Shown: positions 11,186-26,300 of the stretch, one piece after another
How the letters are laid out: the number at the start of each line of letters is the position of its first letter
Numbering within the stretch: the stretch's first letter is position 1
Assembly: GCF_963676685.1 (NCBI RefSeq)
Contig: NC_092353.1
Coordinates: 68,448,001 to 68,512,000, forward strand
Reading direction: 5' to 3'
Origin: Mytilus edulis
Taxonomy: Eukaryota
Length of the DNA stretch: 64,000 nucleotides
Notes under the pieces: model-generated
What the model saw: the letters and a program-made list of their open reading frames with translations, nothing else
What the model was told of the DNA's origin: nothing
Databases searched by the model: none
Program-made: the position numbers and the translations under genes

Positions 11186-14100
11186 AAATTTAGTATGGAA
11201 CATACAATTTTGAATTCAATTAGCGTGATTAATATAAACATGATAAATTCAAAATTTAAAGTGTGGAGTTCTTTTTTTGGTATAATGCAGTTTAAACATG
11301 TTAAATAACACTATGATGATATATAATTTAAACATAATATTTTTACATTTCTTTTCTGCCATGTTTTAAGGTACAAAAGTGAGTAATCACAAAAGGTATC
11401 TTGCTCATTGTTGAAGGGTATATGGTAATCTGTACATATATACATGCCTGCACCCAAGTCAGGATGTCTGTACCATGTCATGTTCCCACATTTGTTCTCA
11501 GTGATCTGATGTTTTGTCCATTATTTTTGGTAATACTTGTTACTTACTACTTTTTAAATAGCTTTTGTTGTTGGGTAACTGTCTCATTAAGCTTAATTTC
11601 ATATCTCCTTCAGTCGTATTTCATTTTGTGGGGTCTAAGCAAAAGAGTAATTTTGATACCATATGCACATTTCGTAAAATTATTTCCCATCAGCGGAACT
11701 TGAATTCTTAAAGTATCGACCACTAAACACTCAATACAGAACACCAAACCAGTAAGACAACAAATGGAAGCTTTTAACGACCTTGACTGGCTATACAGCC
11801 CTTGCACAGTCAGTAAACCAGTAAGATATACCTGTGATAAAATATAAAGATCCTTTGTTGATAAAAAATTTCATAAGGCCAGGTCACCCAAATAATTCTA
11901 CTGCTCTACAATGTCCAAATTAATACCTGAAAGCCTGGTCAAGGAAAAAATATCAATTACTCATTCAGAAAAAGTTAGGGATTTACCTATTTTGATAACA
12001 TTAAGCAAACAGCTGATAAACTCTTCCATCCAGAGCACACAATAAAATCCTGCATGCTGGGCATGTTTTTTTGTATATATTGTATTTCAGTAGTTTTGTC
12101 ATATGTCATATCTCAATGTTTTTTGTTATTTTGACTATTCATTTGAATTGCAGATCTTTGAATGTTCTTTTTAAACAAACTCACAAAGTTATTGACTTAA
12201 GATACTTTAGAGTTTGACTCATTGCACTAATCTGGTTTTTTTAAATGTTGCCCACAAGATGTCTTTTGCTTATATTTATCGTTTTGGTTGCTGCTGTGTT
12301 CATGTGTAACCATGGTAACTGTTTGATTGATTTAGGAACATTCAAATTCGAAATAAAAAGATAAAATTGGTCTGTTTTGTAGGATTCTTACATCATCTCA
12401 ATTTTCAAATAGTAACAGACGTTATATATCCCAGCTCGTTCGTCATGCCCTTGTGTGTAGTGATTTATAGATTGTGACTTGGAAGGAGAGTTGTCACATT
12501 GGCACTCATACCACATCTTCTTATATCTATTTGCATAGATATTTTTCAGTCCGAAATAAGTAAACAGATGTTTTAATATACATTTGATTTTTAGCTCAGC
12601 CGCTCATACCTTCAAACAATGTGTATGGCTTCTGAAGAAGAGAGAAAAACTAGAAATGGTTTTATCTTTTTTTTTATTTCGTTTCATAGTTCAATGGAAT
12701 CAACCATTTGAAACAACTTCCATCGGCTCTTGACTTGAAATAATGTTTACATCTCTTTAATTTACATCAATATTCATCAAGCTATCAACTTGTGACTTGT
12801 TTTACAAATGTAAAAGGGTGGTAAAGGCAGTTCACAATTCAATACATAAATTCTAATAAAAACATTGAAACTTATCAAAGGGAGATAATTAAAAAAAAAA
12901 TATGCTAACATATTCCACAGGAACATTCTTAACTTTTGTCTTTGAAAATAAATATAATTTAGATATTTAAGAAACAAAGCATTGAAATAATTTCAACTTC
13001 AGCATTTCATTGCACTTTCTAGAATCTTGTTTTTCTTTTTGAAATAATTAAATTCTTTGAAAATTTATTTGTCAAAAATAACCAAATGAAAAAACATATT
13101 TCACCACAGTGCATTTAACAGGCATGAATTTGAGCTTGGCATATATTTGAGCAACAAATGTGTTCCATTCTTGGATAAAAAATATATATCTAAGTAACTT
13201 GACAACTGAAAAACTTCAACTTATTAAAACCATGATCACTGAAGATGAATATTAAATTTACCGATCAAAAATGTGAAATGAATTAATAACCATGCTTCAC
13301 TGAAATAGATATATATATACTGTGAAATAAACAATACAAAATTAATATATCTATCTGGGCATATCAACTATAACAGGTTATAAAACATACCTTGAATACT
13401 AAAACCAAAGAACATTCTTTAAACAAATGTGAGAATATACCAATCAACCATTGTTTATAAGATTAATCATAATGTTCAATGAAAGATGTCCCTTTCTCTT
13501 GTTACATTCAGTGCTTTTTTTTTCAAACTCAATCAATTTGATCTATGTTTATGAATTTCCAGTGTGAAGAGTTAAAACACTCTTTTTTTTAGAAAGGCTT
13601 CATTCCTTTACCACCCTTTTAGACTAACGTTAACAAATATGACATGTAGTTTGTATGAGGAAATATATGTCTGGGGCTGAAGATTTTTTTTTCATTTTCT
13701 TCCCCTAATATGCATGTATAAATATAAATATCACATTTTGTCATATACTGGCACACAGTAGACTCATAAAAAAAAGAATTTGTAAATTAGAGTCATCAGT
13801 TGGGTTTGGATTTTGATTTTACACAAGGGTTAATATTAGGACCCCTTTCACTTTTGTAAATGATTTTATTTAAATATTTTACCAAAATGCATCATTTCAA
13901 TTTTATTTTTAACTGTTCAGTGCTTGCTACAAACAAAGCCCTGGAATATTTTTTTTTATGGGTATTGGGGACATTTTGCATTGCTAATGCATACAAATGA
14001 TTTAACCTTGGTCCTGCTTTTGAAAATATTACCCAGAATGCATTAGATTCTGAAAAGGCAAATGGGGGTCAAATGAAACTGGATTTATTATTAAGCTTCT

Positions 14101-14309
14101 GATTCTATGTAAAATTCCCTTCACTTTCAGTTGCAAAATAAAAACAAGTGCACACTAACAAGTAACATTTCGTGATTAAAACCTCTTACTTTTTTACATA
14201 TTTTTTTTCACTATAAACAGTTAAAGCCAGTCAATTTGACAATATATATAAAATGCTGTATTGAAGCTGAAGAATGCTTGACAACTTGTTGTTATAGCCG
14301 AGAGAATGT

Positions 14310-17300
14310 TCAAGCTGGTGGAGTCCATGGAACACGGGTCTGTGTGAACCCTTTGGTGCCGTCTGGACCTTTAGGTTGACGAATGACAACAATGCGAACA
14401 CTTGACAGGTCTTCTGTTACGCTCTTTAACCTACTAACAAGTCTTTCTGGTCTTCTGCGATCCCTGTAAAGAATAACATTAAAAGTGTTAAAAATACATT
14501 GAAAAGGGCTATCAAATTATTGAAAATGGTGGTGAGGGTTCAGTAGTTATTTCAATTAAAATTTTATGGATAATTGTACTTTTTTGGAACAGTTTATGAT
14601 ATAAACTAGATATCATTGAGATGGGAGCCATCTCTGTGGGCCCCGCTGTGAATAATGTGCATTAAAAAATTGTATCTTTACCACAGGACATGGGTTTGTC
14701 AACTGAAATCAAAGTTTTTGACCTTGACCTTTGACCTATGAAGTTGTAAATAAATTATGACACACCCTTTGGTGTTGGTTTATAAACATGTCAAGTATAA
14801 ACTTTGAAATGATAAAGGTTCTCAAGATATAGAGCGGACACGATCTTTACCATAGGACATGGGGTTGTCAACTGAAACCAAAGTTTTTGACCTTGACCTT
14901 TGACCTAGGAAGTTGCACATAAATTATGACACACCCTTTGGTGTTGGTTTATATACATGTCAAGTATAAACTTTGAAATGATAACGGTTCTCAAGATATA
15001 GAGCGGACACAATCTTTACCATAGGACATGGGGTTGTCAACTGAAACCAAAGTTTTTGACCTTGAACTATGCCCTAGGCAGTCGTTCATAAATTATGACA
15101 CACCCTCTGGTGTTGGTTCATATACATGTCAAGTATAAACTTTGAAATCATAACGGTTCTCAAGATATAGAGCGGACACGATCTTCACCACAGGACACAG
15201 GGTTGTCAACTGAAACCAAAGTTTTTTTACCTTGACCTTTGACCTAGGAAGTTGTACATACATCATGACACGCCCTCTGGTGGTGGTTAATAAACATGTA
15301 AAGTATAAAGTATGAAATCATAATGGTTCTCTAGATATGGAGCGGACACAAAGTGTTACGGACGGACGGACAGACGGACGGACGGACAGACTGATCACTA
15401 TAGGGGACCGCCTTTGGCGGGACCCTAATGATAGAGATATAAAAATCATATTGCGGATATATGGGATTATTTTTTGTCAGTGTATCTAATAGTTTTGTAT
15501 CAGAAATTAAACACATCAGATCCCTCATTTTCCATACTGATAATTTACAACAAGAGATTTTCAATCCTTATATCTACACGAAAATTGTATGACACCAGGA
15601 AATATAAAACAACTTACGACAATTCAAGACCCTCATAGGGAGTCACGGTTGTTCACCCCCCCCCCCCCCCCCCCCTTTCCCTGGTCATCAACCATCAACA
15701 CCAGAAAACTTACGTAATCTTTCTAAGACTGCAGGCAGAGTATTTTCCGTTCCTCTGATTCTGTACGACGACAAATTCCACCTCATCCCCAGTCTGTATC
15801 TCCACTCCGTCATGTACCTCCGTCATGTGGAAAAACAACTTCTTTCCATCCTCTTTCTCATAATTCAGGAAACCAAACTGTGAAAATGATGTCATGATCA
15901 TAATTAACAAGTCAAGAAATTTATATAATTGAATATCTGCAATCATCAGTTAATTGTCACAAATAAAATTTTCTTGTGGTCCCATTGTTTTAGACTACTA
16001 CAGCAGCTAAACATATATCTTTTGCTGTTATTAAGAATAATTAAGATGGTTAACCATTTGTATGATCCTTAATAATGCAAACAATAAATGATTTTTAGAA
16101 GCTAATATATATCCTGATATGATTTTTCCTCTTCTGTTTTTTGTTTTCATGATCTTGAAAATGTTTAAAGATTTGGCTGCTCTAACTTTTCTTTATGTCA
16201 GTGTTCTGTCCAGATTTTGCATATGATGACAACACTCATTTTGATTGATTTTAACCAGTGAAAATTCTGCCACTGGGTGTATTTTTTTCTTCACTAAAAA
16301 CAATAGAATATGATGATGTAATTAACTCAAGAAGGTTGGCGCTTGTTAAAACGTTTAAACTTGCTGCATTTGTTTGCATCTGTCCAAAGTCAAGAACCTG
16401 TTGTTTTGTGGTTGTCATTTGTCGATATGGTTCATAAATGTTTCTCTTTTTTCTTATTTATAGAAAAGATCAAAATGATTTTACAAATTGTGACTTGGAT
16501 GGAGAGTTGTCTACCACATCTTCCTGTATCAATAGACTATACATGATCAACAAGAAAACAAATATTTCATTGTCATCATATAAATTGTATCATTAGAGAT
16601 CTTTCTGATTGCCTTTCTAAATTTTACATTTTCAGAAAAAAAACTTTTTTTCAAAAATTTCAGATTAATAATAATAATATAAAATTATGCAGTTTTTATC
16701 AACAATAATAAAAACTGTATGAAATTCATAGTTAAACTTACCTGTCCTTTTACAGAATCAACCTTAGATCTGATGAACTTTCTGATAGCACTAATATTAA
16801 CTGCTCTAGTTTGATTATTTGACTTGTTCAAAGCCAGGTTAAACTTTACAGAATCCCCTTTCTGTAGGAAATCCCTTTTATCTGCTAGACTTGTTATTCC
16901 ATAGGGATATACCTCAGGTTCTGTGTCTTCTACTAAAATAGACAAGTATTCATCAATTTAGTAGTAAGTAATGATCTGGAGTTTTTTCACAACAAATAAA
17001 ATGTGAAGAATAGCTGACAAGGTAGTCAAGGTACTTGGTACTATTAAACATTCTTACTGATGAAAATGGGGAAATGATTAATTTAATTTGTAAATTTTAT
17101 TGTAATATTGGTTTAAAAAACATGGAAATCCAGCATTTTATTTTCTCTTAAGATCCAAATTTTAAAAGGAAATATTTTGTTAACTAAAACAAAAAGATGA
17201 ATTCTTAAAGAAAAAAATGTGTAATGAAATTCTACCCTTGGCCTTTTAGCATCATGGTAATGTTATGCAACATTTCTTTAATGTGATGCTATCTGAATTG

Positions 17301-20300
17301 ATTTTCTTATAGGATATGTTATGAATGTGATGCTTTAATTTTTAGAAACAAGATGGTATTTCAAGGTTCCATGTTTTTCAAGGTTCCATGTTTACCAGAA
17401 TGTTAAATGAAATATCTTAATAGAACATTTACTACAGTTCATAATATATTCATATTAACCATGTGTTAAAAAAGATATTGAAAATAGTGATGTAATATAC
17501 CTTCAACATTAAAAGGTTGTACAAGTCCACAGTATTCTTCTTGATCAGGATTGACAATTCTCATTGGTCGCAATACTTTCCCCTGCTGCTGACCTTTATC
17601 ACGAAGAATTTCCTGTAATTCAAATCAATCATCATAACTATTGGCAGTCAAACTTATTTTGATGGATTGATTGGTGTTTAACACCACTGTCAGTACTATT
17701 GTGCTACTTAGTGGCAGTCAGTTTTTAATGGTGCAAGGAGCTGGATTGTCTGGAAAAAAAACCACCTTCCTTTGGAAAGAAAACTGACATTCCTAGTCGA
17801 TTACTATTGGAATCTAGTGCATTTACCACTAGTGGGATTTGAACTCACAACCTCAAAGTTTACAAGCTAGCGATACAGTAGTTTGACTACTTATACCACT
17901 GGCAAAAAATGCTTGTTAAACCAGTTGCTTATGACTTTTATCCTTGTAATATACATTGTAACAAGCATGCCCACTAGCTCTACTTGGCCAAATGGACTAT
18001 CTAGAAGTTTTGACAAATCCAAGCTCTGTCCAACATTCATAAGGTGTTCTAGAATAAATGCATTTACGTTGAATGAATTTTTTATTGGAACATTAAAACA
18101 GCCTGCTAAATTTTTAGACTTGAGGAAGCATGAATTCTCTATCAAAAACTTCAAAAGACTTTTAAGTGGAATGGTTACCATTGGCAGTTAGAATATATTT
18201 TGAACCTGCATATCTTTGATGGAATATTTACTGTTGACATTTTATGTATAGTTTGGACATGTGCATTTGAGATTGTTTATGTATATTTTCTGCATACATC
18301 TTGTGTAAAAAAAAATTATTTGCAGTATGTGTGAATATTTATTAAAGCATATTTACCTCAGTTGGAATGGTTCCTTTTGGCAGTTTGAATATATTTTCAG
18401 CACTGTGTTTGGCACTTTTTCTGCAGAGTGTATATTCAACTTCATCACCAAGATCAAGGTCGTTTGGATCCCCCTCATAGGAGCTGTAAAAGAAAGTTGT
18501 CTTTTTTTAATCAAACTCATTTTTAATTTGATAAAAAAAACAATTCTATTGAATCAAAATTTCTATGCATTTCGCGTTCAAAACAGTTATAAATTTCTAT
18601 CCAAGTCAGGACCCTCATCAATGGTGGTCTACAGGCATTGAATATTTTTGTTATTTGGAAAATTTGTTGTTGATGAAATACTTTGATAGTTTCAGTTGAT
18701 TTATGTTATTTTTGGATCAATTTAGAGCTTGATTAAAGGTATGAACACACATCCGTCATTGAAAACAGTTTGTTGACCTATAAATGTCTTTTGGTTGTGT
18801 TGACATGTTGCTGTCTCAATGTCTTATACCCCACATCTCCATGTATTTCTGTGACATGCTGACGTACTTTAAGTGAAAGAAGGTTTCTTTTTCATGATCA
18901 GAGTTTTCAATAAATTCATAATTATCTTTCAACACTGACTTACCTAAAGTGAAAGAAGACTTCTTTTTCATGATCAGAGTTTTCAATAAATCCATAATTA
19001 TCTTTCAACGTGGCAATGAATCCCTGGCACTTGTTGTTAAGGTTACGTAAAACCACTCTCACGTTTACACCTGTTCTTGTTTTAGTTGATTTAACTTCAC
19101 CGAGATTGAATTCCACCTGAAATTTTAAATATTTTTGATTGGTTAAGACATAAGATATAACATGGTTGAGATATAACATGATATATGAGATATAATGGTT
19201 TAGATATGAGAAATAACATGGCTTAGATATGAGAAATAACATGGTTGAGATACGAGAAGTAACATGAAAGAGATATGAAAAATAACAAGGTTGAAATACG
19301 AAAAAAATAACATGGTTTAGATATGAGAATTTGTATGGTAAAGATATGAGCCAGCAAGAATGACAAAGAAATAAAAGACTTATGAAGGTAAATTTTCAAG
19401 GCATGCCTCAAAGAATTGAAAATCTTACCAGAGAGTGTCTTAAATATTTTTTCATTGTTTGATTCTTTGTCTTACCATTTCAAAGTTCATGCTGGAGCAA
19501 AAATAGAATCATCATATTTTGAGGTTAATTCTGTTCACAGATGTTCTAATGACTTAATTATTTTGAGCTTGTCTGACTTAGTAGCTTGATTTTTTTTGGG
19601 CTGAATATCCACAATTTTACTTTACCTAAATTTATTAAATCCATCTTAAACTAACTTACTACAAATATCTAGTTAAATCATTGCTGTTTAAATCTTCAAA
19701 CTCAAAGATTTTACATAGGAAACTTCTCTTTAAACACATTTTTAATACTTATATCTTGTAACAAACAGATATGGTCTTGCTTGTGTGGATTATTATTACT
19801 TATTTGACAAATTCTTTTTTTAATTTTTCAAATCTTTTGTGACAATTGATTTAACCAATATTTGTCTACTCACAAATATCATGAAAAAATGAATCCCTCA
19901 AGAAAATCAGTTGGTTAACAGTATTTAGAATTTTCATTTCTTGAAACTTGTAAATCACATAATTCCTTACCTTATCTCCATATCTAGGAGCATTTTTCAT
20001 TTCTAAAACATCTTTGATTGTGTAAGAAATTTTCTGAATTTTTTCATCAAAATCAAATACTATAATTCCAGTTTCAGCTTCCTTTATTTTACCTGAAATA
20101 ATTCATAGGTATAGTAAACAAAATAACAGAAAAACATTATAGAAAAGTATTTCAATATAATCCATGTTAATGCATTTGTGGTGATGTGTTTGCTTATTGT
20201 GTCCATACTTGGTTGCTATTTAACTTTTTGATTATTTCCATATTACATATTCATGATATTTTTCTATCAACTAAAGTCGTTTAAAATTTAAATGCTTACA

Positions 20301-23300
20301 ATATAAGTTTGTTAAAAGTATCCCATTTGCTGAATTGGATTTTTTATGGTAGTTAATGTCAAAATAAAAATAGCTTCACCATGAGCGCATAATACGCTGG
20401 TCAGTTTTCCAATGAATAAAACCCCATATATGTATATATAATTGATCTAAATAACAGCACAACAATGTTAGATCCGTAAATTTGCAGCAACAAATTTTTG
20501 TTCATCCATGGTCAGGATTCAAACTCATGCTATTATGCATATATATGTTATCACATCTAATATTTTGTATCATGCTTTTAATTTCTCTGTAACCTATGAA
20601 CTTGCATGGTTTTAGGAGAATGAACTTAACTACTGTGGATTCATTTATTTTCGTGGGTACCAATTTTCGTGGATTGATGTAAACTTGCATATTCGTGGAT
20701 ATTTAATAAATTTTTTGTTTTGGCAAATTCTGCATACATTCCTTTAGAAAATATGTAATTCGTTGAACATTTAATTCCTGGTTCCCCTGTAACCACGTAA
20801 TCCAAGAAAATTGGTATCCAACAAATATTTATGAATCCACAGTTTCTAACAGTTAGCATGTTGAATTTGATGATAAGTATTTACCTGGACTTTTATGGGC
20901 ATTAGGTTCTTTATCAACAGTTCCAATGTATTTTTCTGGATGGATGACTAGAAATGATACACTTCCTTTAGATAAATATTTGATTCGGATAGCCATAAGT
21001 TTGTTACCATTTGATGCTGAAGGATCCTGAAACAAAAGATCAACTTTTAGTTTACAACATTAATCATTGATGTGTTCAATGATTTTTTTATTTCATTGTA
21101 ATGTAATTTTGGATGTAAAGAGTCTTTTGATTGGCTGACAGTGTTTTGTATATCAGCTCATAGACGTAATGTTGTCATGTGACTGAGACGTCAACAATTT
21201 TTCATGATTTACTCGGCTTTAAATGGAATTTTATAAATTGATTCAGATAATTTCCATAAGAATCACCAGCATTCTGCCAGAGAAACTTATGTTTACTAGA
21301 GTCTCTAGTCTAGAGATCTATTTTCTGTGAAGTCCTTCTAACAAATAAGTAACGAGAACAAAAAACAAGTAGTAAGTTAGCTTGGATCATTTTGGATATG
21401 CCTTTTACAAAAAAATTGTCATTTTGGCTTCAATAACTTTATGTCTTCAATATATACTGAGCCAAAAAAGTTTTATAGCAACAAAAAAATGAAATTTTAT
21501 TTTATTACCAAATCATAACAAAATATAATTTTGATAATATAAAAATGGAATTATGACATGTCAGTAACAACACGAATGTTTAACACTCATATTCATTAGG
21601 ATATTTTTTGTATGGAGCGCGGGAGGGTCAAAATGCGGAAATGAGCATAGTGTTATTAAAAATCAATTTCCCGGCCATGCTCTAAGTGCATCAATGAAGA
21701 ATTGGAAGGCACACCAGCAGCTGCCCTTAGTCAATGCACTTCTCTTGTGGCCAGAAAAAACGTGTTGACGTAAAGCGAAGGTAACCCTCCTCCCTCGTTG
21801 ATGCTTGTTTTAGTTTACGACATATCGACCTATCCTGTGCAGTTGCAATTTGTTGATATCTGTTTGTTAGTCTCTAAACTGTTGACTTATGCACATTAAA
21901 TTGAGCCACAACGTCAGCAACACTCATGCCAGCATCAACCATTTTGAGAGCCATCTGACGGTCATTTTCGGAGAGGCCTAGTTGACGCCCCATGCAATTT
22001 TTTCAAACTTTTATGTGTTTTTCTTACCAATGGTGTGTTTCTGAACGTTGGTGCCAAACAAAATTTAAATTTTGTTTTAAAAGTACAGGTACAGAAGGTA
22101 AAACTTCAATTACACGTGCAAAGCTGAAATGGCGCAAAATCAATCACCAGGACAAAAGTACGACTGTTTAAAATTACAGGTAAAACTAAGGATTATATCA
22201 ATGATGTTTAATAAAAAAAAAATCCAGAAACAACATCAATCAAATTTGAAAAAAAAGTGTTGCTAAACTTTTTTGGCTCAGTATAGTATGTACCTAGACT
22301 AACTATAGTGTGTGATAACATTGTGTGAGGGAATAGGACGTTTGATGTACCACTGTTCACTCCAGTGCAATTTATGACAATACCACTGCATCAATCAGAA
22401 TTATTTTTTTTGCAGTGTTTTAAGAAATGATTTTGCTTTGTTGTCGCGTATTATTTGTGAAACATACAATGTTTTAAAAAGGCGAATTTTCTTTATAAAG
22501 TCAATGATTATGTTGACTTTTGAAGGCCAAACTTTCTACAGCCTTAAATACGCTAATGAAAGATCCAAAAACTATACCAATACATAATGACATGATTATG
22601 AAATTATAACAAATCTATTGGTTAACAAATTTTTACTCGTTATTGCAAAATAGTGAACTTAATATATCTGACATTTTCTCCCTACCCAGTTTACCCCTAT
22701 ACATTTTTATGATGTGGACTGGTCATTGTTATTGAATCGTAGGCAATTTGATTGGATTAAGTTGTTATTAGTTTACCTTCAAACTTGTTTATGCTTTTCA
22801 TACATGACTATTGATTAATTAGAACGTGCATGAATGTGACCGGTAACTAAAATGACCTTCAAACTGGACACTGGACGAGTCAATATTATGTTTTATCAAT
22901 GAAAGTTAAGGTATGAAAGGTAAGAATTGCCACTTATTCGATTTTCACAAAATTTTCGGAATATACAGTTGGAAAGGTTATTTTTTAAAAGCCTATTGTG
23001 AAGAGTAAAGAGAAAGTTTACAAATAATACGTTTTGTTCCATTAAACAAGTCATTTTCGTAAGAGAAATACCGAAATATATTTTACGCACGACTACGGCA
23101 GGTAAAATTATTATTTATCATAACAAAAAAAAGCATTTTTCAGTCTCATTGGAATATGTTGATTACAATTAATCCCAAACTTAAGAAGTAAGTAACTAAA
23201 GTCAAAATATGTCCGATCTGCCTATTTCTGCACATCAAAAGTCAATACGATCGTTTTAAAGTCAATTTCGTCTACCTCACAAAATCTTGTTAGGCACTAT

Positions 23301-26300
23301 AGTAAATGACATCATAAGTGAAGAAATTTTATTGTGAAAGATTTCTACAAGTACGTCTTGAACAATGCAGTAGCTAGACTAACTGGTAAATGACATCATG
23401 AAGATATACCTATGTGAAGAAATTTCATGGTGAAAGACATATCCGAAGATTTATACAAGTTAGTTTAAAAACAATGCTATAACTTGTACCTGTGTTACTG
23501 TAAATTCTACTTCTTCGTTAGTTTTGACTTCTTTTTTTGGATCCAGTAATTCACTGAAGTGGAAAAACATCCTTGCTTCTCGCTCAGTACATTGTATAAA
23601 TCCATATCCATCTTTTAAATTTGTAATCACACCCTGAAAAAGCCATTCAATTGTTTTAATTATAATCTGTTTTTACATATCAAACAAATTTTACATTTTC
23701 TGCACTAACAAAAAGCAATAGTCAAAATCAGCACTTGCCACTGTGTCTTTATTAAAGGATCACACAGTATTTTTTTATAAACAGATGCCATCTGAACAAA
23801 GACGGATACGTCATTACTTTCTGAATCCTAAAGGTGCATGGATTGTATGATAGCATGCACTATTTCTAAATATAACTATATTACACATCATAAAATATAG
23901 ATCCTGCTCAATGCTTAAAGACTAAATAGGGAAAATTTACTTCTTTTATGGCATTGGTACAGCAAAGTGCGAAAAGCAAACGAGTTCAGATTAGCAATTA
24001 TAATCTGTTTTTCGCTATTTTACCTGTAATGACGTTGTTAATTTCTCTAACTACTGCACCTGTTCCCTTAGTTTCTAGCGATAATTTTTCATATCAATCA
24101 ACTCTGTTGAGAAAGCATATTATCTGTTCTAGCAAGATCAAAGGAAAATTTCGTAAAATAGCAATAAAATATTTTTATTTTTAAAAACAAATACAACAAG
24201 TGAAACTGCGAGCTACTGCTCACTGATGATACCCCCGCCGCAAGTGGATAATATAAATAGTGTAAAAATATGCAAGTGTTCGGTAAACAGGAAGTTGTCG
24301 AGTGATGAATCTGAAAACGCATCACACAGTAAAGCTGACTTATATAAATCCTGAAACCAAATTTCAGAAATCATTGTATTGTAGTTCCTGAGAAAAATGT
24401 GACGAAAATTTTCAACTTGGCTATCATGTGTAAAATGATACAAGTGTTCGGTAAACAGGAAGTTGTCGAGTGATGAATCTGAAAACGCATCACACGGTAA
24501 AGCTGACTTATATAAATCCTGAAACCAAATTTCAGAAATCCTTGTATTGTAGTTCCTGAGAAAAATGTGACGAAAATTTTCAATTTGGCTATCATGTGTA
24601 AAATCATACAAGTGTTCGGTAAACAGGAAGTTTTCAAGTGATGAATCTGAAAACGCATCACACGGTATGGCTGACATATATAAATGTTGATACCAAATTA
24701 CAGAAAGGGTGGATGTGTAGTTCCTGAGAAAAATGTGACGAAAGTTTTGTGGGACGGACTGACTGACTGACAGACGGACTGATGGACGGACGGACTGATG
24801 GACGGACGGACGGACTGACAGACAGAGGTAAAACAGTATACCCCCCCCTTTTTTAAAGCGGGGGTATAATCAAAGGTACAGAGAACGATACACAAAACAA
24901 ACAACGAATTAAAACTTACTGTTTCCCTGTTCTCTTTATTGGCAGTAAATGATTCCTCCATTAATTTGATGTTTGTTGCTCGCTGAAGTTTATCTCGACG
25001 GTCCGTTGCTATGTTACATTCTACTACGTCACCTGACAACAAGGTGTAATCCCCACCCTGATCCTTGTCACCAAATGGAATTTCTACAGGTCTGTTAAAA
25101 AATCAAATTCATATTTATATCTTATGTATTTAGTGTTTATATCTTATGTATTTAGTGTTTATATCTTATGTATTTCATGTTTGGTAATTTTTAAACTGTA
25201 CCAGTGTCTCTGATGATCGCTAAAACTTTTTTTTTTTTGTATAAATTTCAAGATTGTGATAGTTTTATAATTTCAATAAATTGACATGATTCATTTTACA
25301 TGGTGATCATACTAATGAAGGATCTCTGTTATCCGAAATATCTAACATTTGTTAATTGTATTGTTATTTTTTTGGTGATGTACCCTTTTAGACTTGTTAT
25401 ATATTATATTTTGTAGTGTACTGTATCATAATTATATGATCCATTGCCCCGAGAGATTTATTGTTGGCTATTATTCAGTCATAAATATTTTTGTGTATTT
25501 AGTGTATATATATGTTTTATTTCATAGAAATGAAAGTAAAAGACAAGATTTTTTAAAACTACATGCCTGCACATCTACACATCTGTTTTTTTTAAAAGAC
25601 CATAATTAATAGAATAAAAATCCTTAATGACTACTCACAGGTTTTTGTAACCAACTAATTTTTAATGATAGAGTATTAACCAAAAGAGAAGTATGAAATA
25701 TTTTACCCCTTGGCAGATTCATAAGAGATTCGTCCCCCTAGAGGATCACTTTGTCGGCGACTATTTTTAAGAGTTCTCTGGACTGAGCCTTGTATTTTGT
25801 TGACACTTATGTCCTCAAATATAACAGTTCCAATGGGTACACTTTGAATATTTACTGCGACTTCCTTTGTCTGAAAAATAAATAAACCGGTTTAAAAAGG
25901 TAAACTTTGAATATTTACCGTCACTTCCTGTGTCAATTAAGTCTATAGATGTATCAAAGATGCTTTAACTTCCAACAAGTTTTTTTAAACATTTTCAGGA
26001 CTAACAAAAGTCATCTTAATTTCTATGCTTGGCCTGAAGATAAACTGATGTTACATTTACTTCAAAAGGTCAACTGAAGTTTATTTTTTTACATCAACAA
26101 TTATGTTTTAATAGGACAGCTATAAAAAATCCTTTTGAATGTGCTCCTTATTAGCAGGAGGAAGTTACAGAACAGAAGAAGCTAATCATAATTCAAATTG
26201 AACTTACATTTCTATTTTGAACATCAAAGTCAACATCATCCCCTAGATTTAGTTTGTTGATATCACCTTTATATTCACTGTAGTGGAAAAAGATCTCCTT

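Noticed and set aside
17883-18191. Overlapping 102-aa and 96-aa ORFs in a CSDE1 intron
   Set aside because: There is no recognisable domain, the CSDE1 frame is complete without them, and the ends overlap a SINE and an exon echo.
24213-24677. 154-aa repetitive ORF, and similar ORFs at 6182-6618 and 38141-38359
   Set aside because: These are translations of tandem repeats inside Helentron-like elements.
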